Shown: positions 39,343-49,404 of the stretch, one piece after another
How the letters are laid out: every line of letters starts with the position of its first letter
How positions within the stretch are numbered: the first letter of the stretch is position 1
From: an uncultured Collinsella sp.
GTDB lineage: Bacteria; Actinomycetota; Coriobacteriia; Coriobacteriales; Coriobacteriaceae
Length of the DNA: 64,000 nucleotides
Assembly (NCBI GenBank): GCA_959602875.1
Contig: CAUGVQ010000001.1
Span: 2,378-66,377 of the forward strand
Reading direction: 5' to 3'
Made by a program: the position numbers and the translations under genes
The notes under the pieces: model-generated
Told to the model about the DNA's origin: nothing
Seen by the model: only the letters and a program-made list of their open reading frames with translations
Databases searched by the model: none

Positions 39343-40089
39343 TTACGCCTCCTCTGCAGGCTCAGGGGTGATACCGGGGATAGTTTTGGCGCGCGGACGC
39401 TTCTTGGAGCGCTTCTCGAGCCACTGAACAAGAAGCGCCAGCGGGAAGCAGATGATGAAGTACAACACGCAGGCCATGATGTAGCCCTGCAGGTATCCAT
39501 ACGTGGATACGAAGTTGTCGGCATTGTACATAAGGTCGCCACCGGCAATAAGCGCGAGTACCGAGGTGTTCTTGACGAGGTTGAGCGCCTGGTTGCAGAG
39601 CGGGGGCAGAATTACTTTAAAGGTCTGCGGCAGGATAATGTAGATGTAGGCCTGCACGCGGGTGAAGCCCTGCGAGAGCGCCGCCTCCATCTGGCCGCGC
39701 GGCACCGCCTCGATGCCAGTGCGGATGACCTCGGAGATGTATGCCGCGTGGTAGAGGCCCACGCCGAGGGCGCCGATGGCAAACGAAGAGAGGCGGATCG
39801 GGCTTGGGGCACCAAGAATCGCCTGCAGCACGCGCGGACCCGCCATGTAGTAGAAAAACACCTGCACGGGAAGGGGCGTGTTCTGGAAGAACTCAACATA
39901 CACACGGCTAATACCGCGTAGAATCCGCGAACGCGTGGTCGAGAACACGCCAAGGACGGTTCCCAAAACCAACGACAGCGCCAAACCGGCGATGACCACC
40001 TGCAGCGTGAAGGCAAACCCCTCCCAGAAGCCCTCCATGCTGCTGAGGGTGATCTCCCAGCGCCGCGGATCGAATAGGCCTTCGAGCAT
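39343..40089 (-). CDS. Polar amino-acid ABC permease
   Basis: EFFQNTPL, SEVIRTGIEAVPRGQMEAA, VKNTS. Confidence 0.92.
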   Translation of the reverse strand: MLEGLFDPRRWEITLSSMEGFWEGFAFTLQVVIAGLALSLVLGTVLGVFSTTRSRILRGISRVYVEFFQNTPLPVQVFFYYMAGPRVLQAILGAPSPIRLSSFAIGALGVGLYHAAYISEVIRTGIEAVPRGQMEAALSQGFTRVQAYIYIILPQTFKVILPPLCNQALNLVKNTSVLALIAGGDLMYNADNFVSTYGYLQGYIMACVLYFIICFPLALLVQWLEKRSKKRPRAKTIPGITPEPAEEA

Positions 40090-40117
40090 ATCGCTCCTCT
40101 CTCGTGCCAGTACGTGC

Positions 40118-40149
40118 AAAACGCCCGGGCGGATGGCGCCGCCCGGGCG
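40118..40149 (-). terminator. Intra-operon hairpin after the binding-protein gene
   Basis: CGCCCGGGCGG/CCGCCCGGGCG stem + TTTT on the minus strand. Confidence 0.55.
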
Positions 40150-40201
40150 AGATATCCCTCAGTAAAGCCCTGAGCTGGACAGACGAGGGACTCAGCTCAA
40201 C

Positions 40202-41059
40202 TTAGAGCAGATTCCAAGTCGTGGCTTCCTCCTCGAGCCAGCCATTGTCGAGCAGCTCGTTCACCTTGTCGTTCACAACCTCGGACAGATCGGAGCCCTT
40301 CTTGGTAGCGATGCCGTACTCCTGCTCGCCAAACTCGACCTCGGGCTCCAAAAGCTCTTTCTGGTCGTTCATGTAGGTGTTCAGCGTAGAGCGATCCATG
40401 GCGAACGCGTCGATGTTGCCCGACTCGAGCGCGGAGTTGATGGACGGATAATCCGGGTACTCGTTGAAGTTGCCGTCAGTGAGCTCCACGCCCTCCTCGG
40501 CAACAGCTGCGGTGACCGCATCCTTGGTGGTCGAGCCCTGGCTGACACCGATAAGCTTTCCGTCGAGGTCGGCGAGCTTCTCCATACCGGAATCCTTCAT
40601 GATCATAACGCCCACGTGGTCGACGCGATAGGGATCGGAGAAGTCCCAGTCCTCCTGGCGCTCGGGGGTGATGGTGTAGGTCGCGCAAACGATGTCGAGC
40701 GAGTCGTTGTCGATCAGCGGGCCGCGGGTCTTGGGCGTAACGGTCGTGAACTCGCAAAGGCCCTGCTCCTTGGCCTCCTCGTAAGAGACGCCAAAGACAG
40801 CCGCGGCGATCTGATAGCACAGGTCAATCTCGAGACCCTCATACTCGCCGGTCTCGGTGTTGAGGTAGCCGTAGCCGAGCACGTCGGCCTTCACGCCACA
40901 ATTAAGCTTACCGCGCGCCTTGATGGCCTCGACCTTGGACGAAGCGTCACCGCTACCGGAAGCCGCTGGGTCGGAATTGCAACCTGCAAGCGCACCGGTG
41001 CCAAGCACGGCAGCAGCTGCGCCAAAGACCTGCACGAACTGACGACGAGACAGAGACAT
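40202..41059 (-). CDS. Glu/Asp (PEB1-like) ABC substrate-binding lipoprotein with twin-arginine signal
   Basis: SRRQFV + LAGC; GVKAD, GLEIDL, TRGPL, ATYTITPER. Confidence 0.88.
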   Translation of the reverse strand: MSLSRRQFVQVFGAAAAVLGTGALAGCNSDPAASGSGDASSKVEAIKARGKLNCGVKADVLGYGYLNTETGEYEGLEIDLCYQIAAAVFGVSYEEAKEQGLCEFTTVTPKTRGPLIDNDSLDIVCATYTITPERQEDWDFSDPYRVDHVGVMIMKDSGMEKLADLDGKLIGVSQGSTTKDAVTAAVAEEGVELTDGNFNEYPDYPSINSALESGNIDAFAMDRSTLNTYMNDQKELLEPEVEFGEQEYGIATKKGSDLSEVVNDKVNELLDNGWLEEEATTWNLL

Positions 41060-41162
41060 GAGAGGTACCTCCTTTTGGTACGGGCGCCACCTGGGATGGT
41101 TGAAGACTCTGGCGCCAAAATGTCCGACGCGCGGGGCGCGGCGGGCGAGCCAAAACTACGCG

Positions 41163-41894
41163 CTAGTGCAAGATCTTGTTGAGGAAGTCCTTGCAACGCG
41201 GGTTCTGCGGGTTGGTGAAGAAGTGCTCGGGCGTGCCCTCCTCCAGAATCTGACCGTCGTCCATAAAGATGACGCGGTCGGCCACCTGGCGGGCAAAGTT
41301 CATCTCGTGCGTCACGCAGATCATAGTGATGTTCTCCTGCGCGAGCTCGATCATGACGTCGAGCACCTCCTGGATCATCTCGGGGTCGAGCGCCGAGGTG
41401 GGCTCGTCGAAGAGGATGATCGGCTGCTTGGTGCACATGGCGCGGGCGATGGCGACGCGCTGCTGCTGACCGCCCGAGAGGTTCTGCGGATACTCGCCCG
41501 CCTTCTGGGCAAGACCGACGCGCTCGAGCGCCGCCATGGCGGCCTTGTTGGCCTCCTCTTTGCTCTTCTTCTGGAGCTTGATGGGGGCCAGCGTGAGGTT
41601 GCCGAGCACCGTCATGTTGGGATAGAGGTTGAACTGTTGGAACACCATCGAGGAGTACTTGCGCGTAAGCTCGAGGTGGTTCTTCTTGGTCATGAGGTGT
41701 CCGTCGATGGTCACGGTGCCGGTCGTGGGCTCCTCGAGAAAGTCCACGCAGCGGATGAGCGTCGACTTGCCGGAGCCGGACGGCCCGATGATAACGACCT
41801 TCTCGCCGCGCTTCACGGTGAGGTCAATGTCCTTCAGAACGTGAAGGTCGCCGAAGTACTTGTTGAGGCCACGAATCTCGATCATCTCGGCCAT
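41163..41894 (-). CDS. Amino-acid ABC ATPase (GlnQ-type)
   Basis: [38 protein letters not shown]. Confidence 0.93.
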   Translation of the reverse strand: MAEMIEIRGLNKYFGDLHVLKDIDLTVKRGEKVVIIGPSGSGKSTLIRCVDFLEEPTTGTVTIDGHLMTKKNHLELTRKYSSMVFQQFNLYPNMTVLGNLTLAPIKLQKKSKEEANKAAMAALERVGLAQKAGEYPQNLSGGQQQRVAIARAMCTKQPIILFDEPTSALDPEMIQEVLDVMIELAQENITMICVTHEMNFARQVADRVIFMDDGQILEEGTPEHFFTNPQNPRCKDFLNKILH

Positions 41895-42254
41895 GCGGTG
41901 AATCCTTTCTATCTGGCCACGGCGCCGGGGCGTCCGCGGTTCGCGTGCTCATTGTAGAACAGCGGGGTTGGGGAGCATCCGGAGGGGGTCACCCGCAACA
42001 GAGGGGTAACGAGCTCGGCACACGCCCGTAACCAATGCGCCCCATTTCTGGGGCACAAAGCGATTTTCTTATGATACCCGAAATATTTGGCAAGTAAACA
42101 CTTTAGTGTGATGGAGTATCACTCCTTCACAAGCGCGTACGGAGCGCACCTTCAACCGACGCGACGTTCTCGCCAGCAAGGGAAGTGGCGCTCACACCAG
42201 TAGCGCCGGGGACGACCGCGCCAGTAGCGCCGGCGGCGCCTTCACCAGCGGCGC

Positions 42255-42698
42255 CTACGCCAAGCGGGAGCCGACCTCTTTTGCCGCGGCAGCCTTGTCG
42301 AAGTTCCCGCCCGTCGCCTGATTGAGCGCACCCATGATGCGGCCCATGTCCTTTTTGGTGGTGGCGCCGACCTCGGCAATCGTCTTCTCAATCAGCTGAA
42401 CGAGCGCCTCGCCCGAGACCTGCGCGGGCAGCAGGCTCTCCAGAATCTCGACCTGCTCGCGCAGCGTATCGGTGCGCTCCTGGTTGGTGCCGGCCTTCTC
42501 GGACATCTCGAGCGTCTCGGAGGTCTGCTTGATGAGGCGGCGGATCATGTTGGTCACGTCCTGCTCGGTGGCGTCGCGGCGCTCGTTCACCTCGACGTTT
42601 TTCACCTCGCCCATGACCTGGCGGATGATAGACAGACGCGTCTTGTCCTTTGCCTTCATGGCGGCGACCATCGCGTCGTGAAGCTCCTCGTTAGTCAT
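42255..42698 (-). CDS. yqeY: GatB/YqeY domain protein
   Basis: AAMKAKDKTRLSIIR, LLPAQ, KKDMGRIMG. Confidence 0.88.
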   Translation of the reverse strand: MTNEELHDAMVAAMKAKDKTRLSIIRQVMGEVKNVEVNERRDATEQDVTNMIRRLIKQTSETLEMSEKAGTNQERTDTLREQVEILESLLPAQVSGEALVQLIEKTIAEVGATTKKDMGRIMGALNQATGGNFDKAAAAKEVGSRLA

Positions 42699-42729
42699 AG
42701 TGCACTTCCTATCTGGGTAACTCTCAACG

Positions 42730-44061
42730 TTATTCAGTTGCGGCGGTATCGGCGGCGGCGTCGGCCTCGGTGCCGGCGAGCGCCATGTCCACGTTGTAGG
42801 GAACGTCCTCGGGCATGGGGTTGATCTCAATACCGGCGTCCTCAACGTACTGATCGAGCCACGCGTTGTACGCATCGCTCTGCGCGTTCGAGGCAAGGGT
42901 GTCCGAAATGGTATCGCGCAGATTCTCGGGAATCTGGTCGATGGAGGTGACCTCGCCGTCCACGTGGAAGAGCTCGGTGCACTGGATGAGGTGGTAGCCG
43001 TAGGTCGTCTCCACAATGCCGCTCATCTCGCCGGGCTCGAGCTCGGCCAGCGCGTCGCCGTACTCGGTCACAAAGCTCGTGAGCTTGTCCCAACCCACGT
43101 CGCCGCCGTCCTTAGCGGAGCTGTCCTCGGAGTTCTCCTTGGCGGCATCGGCAAACGAAATCTCGCCCGCCTCAATCTGGGCGCGCAGGTCCTCGAGCTT
43201 CTGACGCGCCTCCTCGCGCGTGGCGTCATCAGCCTCGGAGTCAACCTTGATGAGGATGTGGCTCGAGCGGCGCGCGTTGTTCAGCGAGTCGAGGTTCTCG
43301 TTCACGTAATCGATAATCTCCTGGTCGGAGGGGTCCTCAAGCGGCGCCACCTCGTCGCGGAGCTTCTCGAGCGCAACCGAACTCTCAAGCTGCTGACGGT
43401 ACGTGTCCGCGGTGTAGCCGTACATCTGCATGATGGAAAGGAGCGTCTCCTCGGAGCCGTACTGGGCAACCTCGTTGTCCCACGCCTCGTCGAGTTCCTC
43501 GTCGGAAACCTCGATACCGTACTCGCTCACGGCCTGGGTGAGCAGGTACTGGCGAGCGAGCGAATTGATGACCTGCTCGCGCAGGGTCTCGGGCGTGAGT
43601 CCCTGACCCTCGAGGTAGGTCGCCCACGCGGCGTCGCTGTCATAGCTGCTGCGCGTGGCCATGATCTGCTCGGTAACGGTGTCCTCGGTAATGTTCACGC
43701 CCGAGACCTCGGCCGCAACACCGCCGGTAAGGTGGTAGTCCTCGCCGCCGGAGCTGATCTGGTTCAAAACACCCGAGCACGCCATCGCGGTGACCGAAAG
43801 CAGCATCGCGGCAACGCCAATGGCAACCAAAACGTACTTGGCGGCCTTGCTCATCTTCTCCTTGCGCGCGTGCTTGCGCTCAGCCTTGGTGGCGCCGTCC
43901 TTTGCTGCGGCGGTGCGGCCGCGACCGTCTTTGGCGTCCGCCTCGGCGGCAGCCTTGCCACCGGCAAGCTTGCTCGACGCGGCGCGCGTGGCGCCCTGAG
44001 CCTTCTTCTTAGGGTCGGCCTCGGGCGCGGACCCGTCGTTCTTCTTCGTAAAGAGAGCCAT
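42730..44061 (-). CDS. SurA_N + parvulin peptidyl-prolyl isomerase (PrsA-like)
   Basis: TM anchor, SHILIK, FADAAKENSED, GGDVGW, VETTYGYHLI. Confidence 0.88.
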   Translation of the reverse strand: MALFTKKNDGSAPEADPKKKAQGATRAASSKLAGGKAAAEADAKDGRGRTAAAKDGATKAERKHARKEKMSKAAKYVLVAIGVAAMLLSVTAMACSGVLNQISSGGEDYHLTGGVAAEVSGVNITEDTVTEQIMATRSSYDSDAAWATYLEGQGLTPETLREQVINSLARQYLLTQAVSEYGIEVSDEELDEAWDNEVAQYGSEETLLSIMQMYGYTADTYRQQLESSVALEKLRDEVAPLEDPSDQEIIDYVNENLDSLNNARRSSHILIKVDSEADDATREEARQKLEDLRAQIEAGEISFADAAKENSEDSSAKDGGDVGWDKLTSFVTEYGDALAELEPGEMSGIVETTYGYHLIQCTELFHVDGEVTSIDQIPENLRDTISDTLASNAQSDAYNAWLDQYVEDAGIEINPMPEDVPYNVDMALAGTEADAAADTAATE

Positions 44062-44285
44062 AAGAAGCGTTCCCTCTCACGCGGCGATGCACAACCATCG
44101 CGCGGGCGGCGCTCGGCGCGCGCCCAAAAGCTGGCAGATAAACGTTCCTATTCTCGCACAAAGCGGGCGCTGGGGCTCCCTCCGCCGTGTGAAGAGCAGC
44201 CAGCCGACACATCGCCTGCGCGCAGGGGGTTGTTCTGCTACGATGCCTCCACAGCATTTTTATCCGCGCAGCAAAGGGGAATACC

Positions 44286-44744
44286 ATGGCCATCGACCTC
44301 AGCCTCTTCAAACCCAGCCTGGTCTTTTTTGGGTGGGAGTGCGCAACCTCGGACGAGGTCTTTGACCACCTCGCCGCCGAGCTCGAGGCGCGCGGCCTTG
44401 TGGCCCCCACCTGGCGCGAGGCGGTCGGCGCACGCGAGGCCGTCTTCCCCACCGGGCTCAAGACCATCGGCTGCGGGCTTGCGCTCCCCCACGCCGACGC
44501 CGAGCACACGCTCGCCCCCTTTATCGCCATCGTGCGGCCAGCGGCGCCCGTGCCGTTTGAGCCCATGGGCGGCATTGGCAGCACGGTTCCGGCGGACATT
44601 GTCATCGCACTCGGGTTCAATCATGCCGACGACCAAATCGGCGCCCTCCAGCACCTCATGGGTGTTTTTGCAGACGAGGAGCGCGCCCACGCCGTACTTG
44701 CTGCCGCAACGCCCGAGGAACTGGTGGCTGAACTGAGCGCCTAG
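44286..44744 (+). CDS. PTS EIIA component (Gat/Fru type)
   Basis: REAVFPTGL, ALPHAD phospho-His motif. Confidence 0.88.
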   Translation: MAIDLSLFKPSLVFFGWECATSDEVFDHLAAELEARGLVAPTWREAVGAREAVFPTGLKTIGCGLALPHADAEHTLAPFIAIVRPAAPVPFEPMGGIGSTVPADIVIALGFNHADDQIGALQHLMGVFADEERAHAVLAAATPEELVAELSA

Positions 44745-44781
44745 CCCGTAGCGCTGGTAAACCCCGCGTAGTTGAAGGCCT

Positions 44782-44849
44782 TTTTGCCAAAACCGTGTTT
44801 ACCAGCTCTCCCGGCCGCTGGAGAGCTGGTAAACACGGTTTTGGCAAAA
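44782..44849. repeat. Perfect 30-bp inverted repeat
   Basis: TTTTGCCAAAACCGTGTTTACCAGCTCTCC-N8-reverse complement. Confidence 0.9.
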
Positions 44850-45074
44850 CGGACGGCCAAACAGGTGGCGAAACGGGACGTCCAAACAGGTGCCAAAAAC
44901 AGGTGATAAAACGGGACGGCCGAAAGCGGGCAACGCGAAACGCAATTTCACCCGACGCATCGCGTTTTCCCAGTTGCCGCCTCATCCCCCCTCAACGCGG
45001 TTGAAACGCCGTTTCGCGCGGCGCCCCCATACTGTGAATCGCACGGTACAGGACGACGCGAAACGGAGGACATC

Positions 45075-45677
45075 ATGACCCGTCGCCATCAGAACAAGAA
45101 CATCGCCAAGACCTTCTCGACCATCCTTGCAGAAACCGGCATCACCGAGAGCGACCACGCCGACGCCGCGGGCACACGTGCCATCGTGTACCTTGCCGAC
45201 GATAACGCCGCCGGCGAGAAGGCGCGCCGCATCCACGAGCGATACGGCGGGCACCTGCTGCCCATCGCCCCGCTCGCGCCGTACCCCACCTCCCCCGCCG
45301 CCCTCGAGGCACGCCGCGCCATCGAGGCCACTTGGTTTATGGCAGCTCCCCTCGACGAGCCCGCAAACACCAACCAGGTCCTCGACGAGGCAGACATCCT
45401 CACCGTTGTGGGGAGTCTCTGGGGCAAGCACCTCGCCGCGCCGCTCGTCTCGTTCCTCGAGCGTCACGAGGTTGCCGCACCGTTCGTCGAGGTCACCGTC
45501 CTTGCCATAGATGACCATATCGCCCCCGTGCTCTATCGCGAGGTCGGCGAAGCACTGCCGGCGGGCACGCAGGTTCATTTCACCTCGCAGGACAACGCCG
45601 AGGCAGAGGAATTTGTTGCCGAGCACCACGCAGGCAACGTTGACCTGTCGCGTAACAACCTGCGCCGCGCCGCGTAG
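45075..45677 (+). CDS. Degenerate flavodoxin-like protein
   Basis: AIVY…ARRI…PIAPLAPYP, VGSLWG…APLVSFLE; lacks a clear FMN loop; GGAGGA RBS. Confidence 0.5.
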   Translation: MTRRHQNKNIAKTFSTILAETGITESDHADAAGTRAIVYLADDNAAGEKARRIHERYGGHLLPIAPLAPYPTSPAALEARRAIEATWFMAAPLDEPANTNQVLDEADILTVVGSLWGKHLAAPLVSFLERHEVAAPFVEVTVLAIDDHIAPVLYREVGEALPAGTQVHFTSQDNAEAEEFVAEHHAGNVDLSRNNLRRAA

Positions 45678-45749
45678 CGCGCTGCCGACGGGCCACGCCC
45701 GAGGGATACAATAAAACCAACCCGCCGCTCAACCACCGAGGAGGCACAC

Positions 45750-46622
45750 GTGCTCATCTCGCAGCGACTCGAACAACTCGCCTGCCACCACGACGACTCC
45801 CGTCGCACCGTCGGTCTCTATCTTGTCGAGCAGGCTGCGCGCTTTGAGACGCTCACCATGGCGGATATCGCTGCAGAAACCTACACCTCCAAGGCAACGC
45901 TCGTGCGCATTGCCAAGCAGCTCGGCTTCCACGGCTGGCGCGATTTCTCGGCAGCGTACGCGCGCGAGATCGACCGGCAGCGCATCGACGGTCCCGCTGT
46001 CGACGCGAGCAGGCCCTTTGACGCCGGGGCGTTTGCCGGCGATATTGCCAACGCCGTCGCCCAGGTGCGTATCGAGAGCACGCGTCAGACGATGAGCCGC
46101 CTCGACGTTCGCGAGCTCGAGCGCGCCCGCGACCTCGTTCTCAACGCGCCCCGCATCTTTCTTATGGGGTACGGCTTCAACGCGCCGGCGCTCGACTCCT
46201 TTGGCAGAAAACTGCTGCAAATTGGCATCATGGCCATCAACCCCGCGCAGGATAACTACGCCCATGTCGAGAAATCCGTTTGCAAGGATGATTGCCTGCT
46301 GGTTGTCTCGTACTCCGGGTCGAGCGACACGAGCAACCTCATGCGCTTTTTACCCGAGGCGCGCGAACGCGGAGCAAAGATCGTCGCGCTCACCAGCGAA
46401 GGCGACAACTACCTGCGCGCACATGCCGACGTGACGCTGTCGATTTACTCCGCGGAACGTCTCTACACCAAGATCGGTACGTTCTCGACCGAGGCGTCGA
46501 TCGATTACCTGCTCGATGCCCTATATGCGTGTATCTTTGCGCGCGATTACGAGCGCAACCTCCGCGTCAAGACCGAGCACTCCTACACAACGGAGGGCAA
46601 CCGCAAAGGCGAGGAGCGTTAG
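45750..46622 (+). CDS. MurR/RpiR-family regulator
   Basis: IAAETYTSKATLVRIAKQLGFHGW HTH; SIS domain SYSG. Confidence 0.9.
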   Translation: MLISQRLEQLACHHDDSRRTVGLYLVEQAARFETLTMADIAAETYTSKATLVRIAKQLGFHGWRDFSAAYAREIDRQRIDGPAVDASRPFDAGAFAGDIANAVAQVRIESTRQTMSRLDVRELERARDLVLNAPRIFLMGYGFNAPALDSFGRKLLQIGIMAINPAQDNYAHVEKSVCKDDCLLVVSYSGSSDTSNLMRFLPEARERGAKIVALTSEGDNYLRAHADVTLSIYSAERLYTKIGTFSTEASIDYLLDALYACIFARDYERNLRVKTEHSYTTEGNRKGEER

Positions 46623-46698
46623 ACGGCAGAAACGCCGCCGCTGATGCCACGTGTTCCCGATGCCACGCGCCCGCAAACAGGTGCGTGCCCGCCGGCCG

Positions 46699-49200
46699 CT
46701 ACATCAGCTCGAGCGAGGGGTGGTCGATGCCGTGCTCGACGGAGTAGGCCCACAGCTCGTCGCGCTTGACGGCAAAGTCACTGCACGCCACCTCAAACCG
46801 CGCCGCATCAACGAGGGAAAGGCCTATCTTGGCGAGCTCAAAGCGGTCCATACCGTTTGCGTAGAGCATGCCATAGGGCGTGGTCGTGGCACCTTGGTTG
46901 CGGAAGCCGCGGACACAGAAGCGGCTCGCGCCCGGGCGGCGCGCGATCAGGCGCAGCACCTGGCCCTCGTAGCCGTGGAAGCAGAAGAGCACTGGCACGT
47001 CCGCGCCAAAGAGGTCCTCAAACTCGTCGGCGCTAAACGCGCCGGCGGCATCGCCGGGGGCTGCTAGGCGGAGCAGGTCGACCACGTTCACAAAGCGCAC
47101 GCGCACGCCCGCCTCGCTCATGAGGCGCGCGGCGGCAAGGGCCTCGACCGTCACCACATCGCCCGCACTTGCCACCAAAAGGTCAGGGCGCTCGCAGGCG
47201 CCGGCGCTCGACGCCCAATCCCACACGGCGGCGCCGCGCGCGAGCTCGGCGGTGGCCTCCGCGAGCGTGAGGTAGACCGGACTTTCGTGCTTACCTGCGA
47301 TAATGGCGTTCACGCGGTTGGTGGACGCGTAGCAGCGGCGCATCACGGCGAGCATCATGTTGGCGTCGACCGGATAATACAAGCGCGCGATGTCGAGCGC
47401 ACCCGCTTTGTTGATGAGCAGGTCAGCAAAGCCGGGGTCCTGGTGCGTGAAGCCGTTGTGGTCCTGACGCCACACGTGGCTGGTGAGCAGGATGTTCAAG
47501 CTCGAGAGCTGGGCACGCCAGGCGCCGGGGGCCAAGCTCTCCTCCAGCCACTTGAGGTGCTGACCCACCATAGAGCCTGCCACCTGGGCAAACGCCTCGT
47601 AGGTGGCCCAGATGCCGTGGCGTCCCGTGAGCACGTAACCCTCAAGCATGCCCTCGCACTGGTGCTCCGAGAGCACCTCGACCACCTTGCCGGACGGCAC
47701 AAGGTCGAGGTCCGCGGGGTCGTCGACGGGATCTGCCACCGGCGTGGCACCGTCGTCGCGGGCGATGGCGCCCGCGTTCCACTGCTTGCCCGTGACCTCG
47801 AGCGAGGCGTCCATGCGGTTGCTGGAGAGCTCGTCGGGGCTGAACAGGCGGAAGTTATCGGGGTTCTCGCGCATAACCTCGCGCGTGTAGGCGCCGCACA
47901 TGCCGGCAAGGCCCACTTTGCGCTGGCCACGCGTGCGGTCGGAGATGAGAAGCGCCCAGTCCGCCGGGTCGGGCAGCGCAAGGGCACGCCGGCAGGTACC
48001 GCCGTCGGCGAGCGGATTCACACCCAGGCGGAGCGCGCCTGCGGGCATGATGGCGCGCACCGCGGGCACAAAGGCGCCCGCGTCGTCAAAGAGCTCCTCC
48101 GGCCGGTAGGAGCGCAACCACTGCTCAAGCCACGCAAGCCGCTCGGGGTCCGTGCCAATGCGCAGCGGCACTTCGTGGATGGAGGTCGTGTCCTCAAAGG
48201 GCGTGCCGTCCGGGCCGGCGGGCGTGGTCCAGCCTTTGGGCGACTGGAAGATGATGAGCGGCAAGGCCGGTCCCGCCGCGGGCTCCGTGCGGGCGGCACC
48301 GCGTGCGGCGGCGTCGGCAGCCTCGGCCTTGATCGCGCAGATGCGCGCGTACACGTCTTCAAGAAGCTCGACAAACCGTGTGTGGAACGAAAGCGGATCC
48401 TCGTCATCAAAACCTACGGTAAAGGTCACCGGGTCGTAGCCGAGGCCGCGGAAGTACATCGCGCGCTCCTCGGGCGTGGCCGCAGCAATGAGCGAGGGCA
48501 TGGTGATCTTGTAGCCGTTGAGGTGAAGAATCGGCAGCACGATGCCGTCGGTCGCCGGGTTCATGATGCGCGACATGCTCCACGCGGACGCGATGGCGCC
48601 CTCCTCCGACTCGCCGTCGCCCACAATAGGCACGATCAGCTGGTCGGGGTTGTCAAAAGCAGCGCCAAAAGCGTGGCTGAGGGTATAGCCGAGCTCGCCA
48701 CCGGAATGGATGGAGCCGGGCAGCGCCGGCGTGCAGTTGGAGGGCATACCGCCGGGTGCCGCATAGGCGCGCATAAAAGTGGCGAGGCCTTCCTCGGTAG
48801 GCGTGACCTCGGGATAGCGCTCGGTGTAGGAGCCGTCAACAAGCGCGCTCACCGCGCCGGCGTTGCCGCCGTGACCGGGGCCGAGCACCACAAGCGCGTG
48901 CTGGTCGTGCGCCGCAACAAGGCGGTTCACGTGCGCGTAGATGAAGTTGAGGCCGGGGATGGTGCCCCAGTGGCCCACCGGGCGCGGCTTCACATCGTCA
49001 AAGGTGAGGGGTCGGCGCAAAAGCGGGTTGGCGCGCAGGTAAATCTGGCCGAGGGACAGGTAGTTCGCGCAGCGCCAGTAGGCGTCGAGCGAACGAGCCG
49101 TCGCAGGCGTGATGGAGGCGCGCTCGGCACACCAGGCGCCCTCGGCGCTATGCGGGAGGGTGCCGACGGCTCCCTCGGCATATGCCCGTTGAGACGCCAT
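46699..49200 (-). CDS. xfp: Divergent phosphoketolase-family ThDP enzyme
   Basis: GHWGT, GPGHGG, GGELGY, GDGE…LHLNGYKI, PKGW, LSEHQCEG, WRQDHNGFTHQDPG. Confidence 0.85.
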   Translation of the reverse strand: MASQRAYAEGAVGTLPHSAEGAWCAERASITPATARSLDAYWRCANYLSLGQIYLRANPLLRRPLTFDDVKPRPVGHWGTIPGLNFIYAHVNRLVAAHDQHALVVLGPGHGGNAGAVSALVDGSYTERYPEVTPTEEGLATFMRAYAAPGGMPSNCTPALPGSIHSGGELGYTLSHAFGAAFDNPDQLIVPIVGDGESEEGAIASAWSMSRIMNPATDGIVLPILHLNGYKITMPSLIAAATPEERAMYFRGLGYDPVTFTVGFDDEDPLSFHTRFVELLEDVYARICAIKAEAADAAARGAARTEPAAGPALPLIIFQSPKGWTTPAGPDGTPFEDTTSIHEVPLRIGTDPERLAWLEQWLRSYRPEELFDDAGAFVPAVRAIMPAGALRLGVNPLADGGTCRRALALPDPADWALLISDRTRGQRKVGLAGMCGAYTREVMRENPDNFRLFSPDELSSNRMDASLEVTGKQWNAGAIARDDGATPVADPVDDPADLDLVPSGKVVEVLSEHQCEGMLEGYVLTGRHGIWATYEAFAQVAGSMVGQHLKWLEESLAPGAWRAQLSSLNILLTSHVWRQDHNGFTHQDPGFADLLINKAGALDIARLYYPVDANMMLAVMRRCYASTNRVNAIIAGKHESPVYLTLAEATAELARGAAVWDWASSAGACERPDLLVASAGDVVTVEALAAARLMSEAGVRVRFVNVVDLLRLAAPGDAAGAFSADEFEDLFGADVPVLFCFHGYEGQVLRLIARRPGASRFCVRGFRNQGATTTPYGMLYANGMDRFELAKIGLSLVDAARFEVACSDFAVKRDELWAYSVEHGIDHPSLELM

Positions 49201-49404
49201 GGCTCCCTCCCCTGCACGGTCGACCTCAAGCTACGGTTCTATCCATCATAGGTCATCGCCGCGCCGGCGCCCCTCGATTCCCGGCAGACGGTGGGAAAGC
49301 TCCTGCTCACGCAACGGGGGACACAATTACTCCACCGTATGCACGCGCGCCGTACGCGCCCGGTCGGCACGGCCAGTAGGCACCCCGCCGCCCCGGCCGG
49401 CGCG

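Noticed and set aside
42195..42240. CCAGTAGCGCCGG repeated twice, echoed weakly in the glmS and ECF insertions
   Set aside because: Too short and GC-rich to distinguish from chance without statistics.
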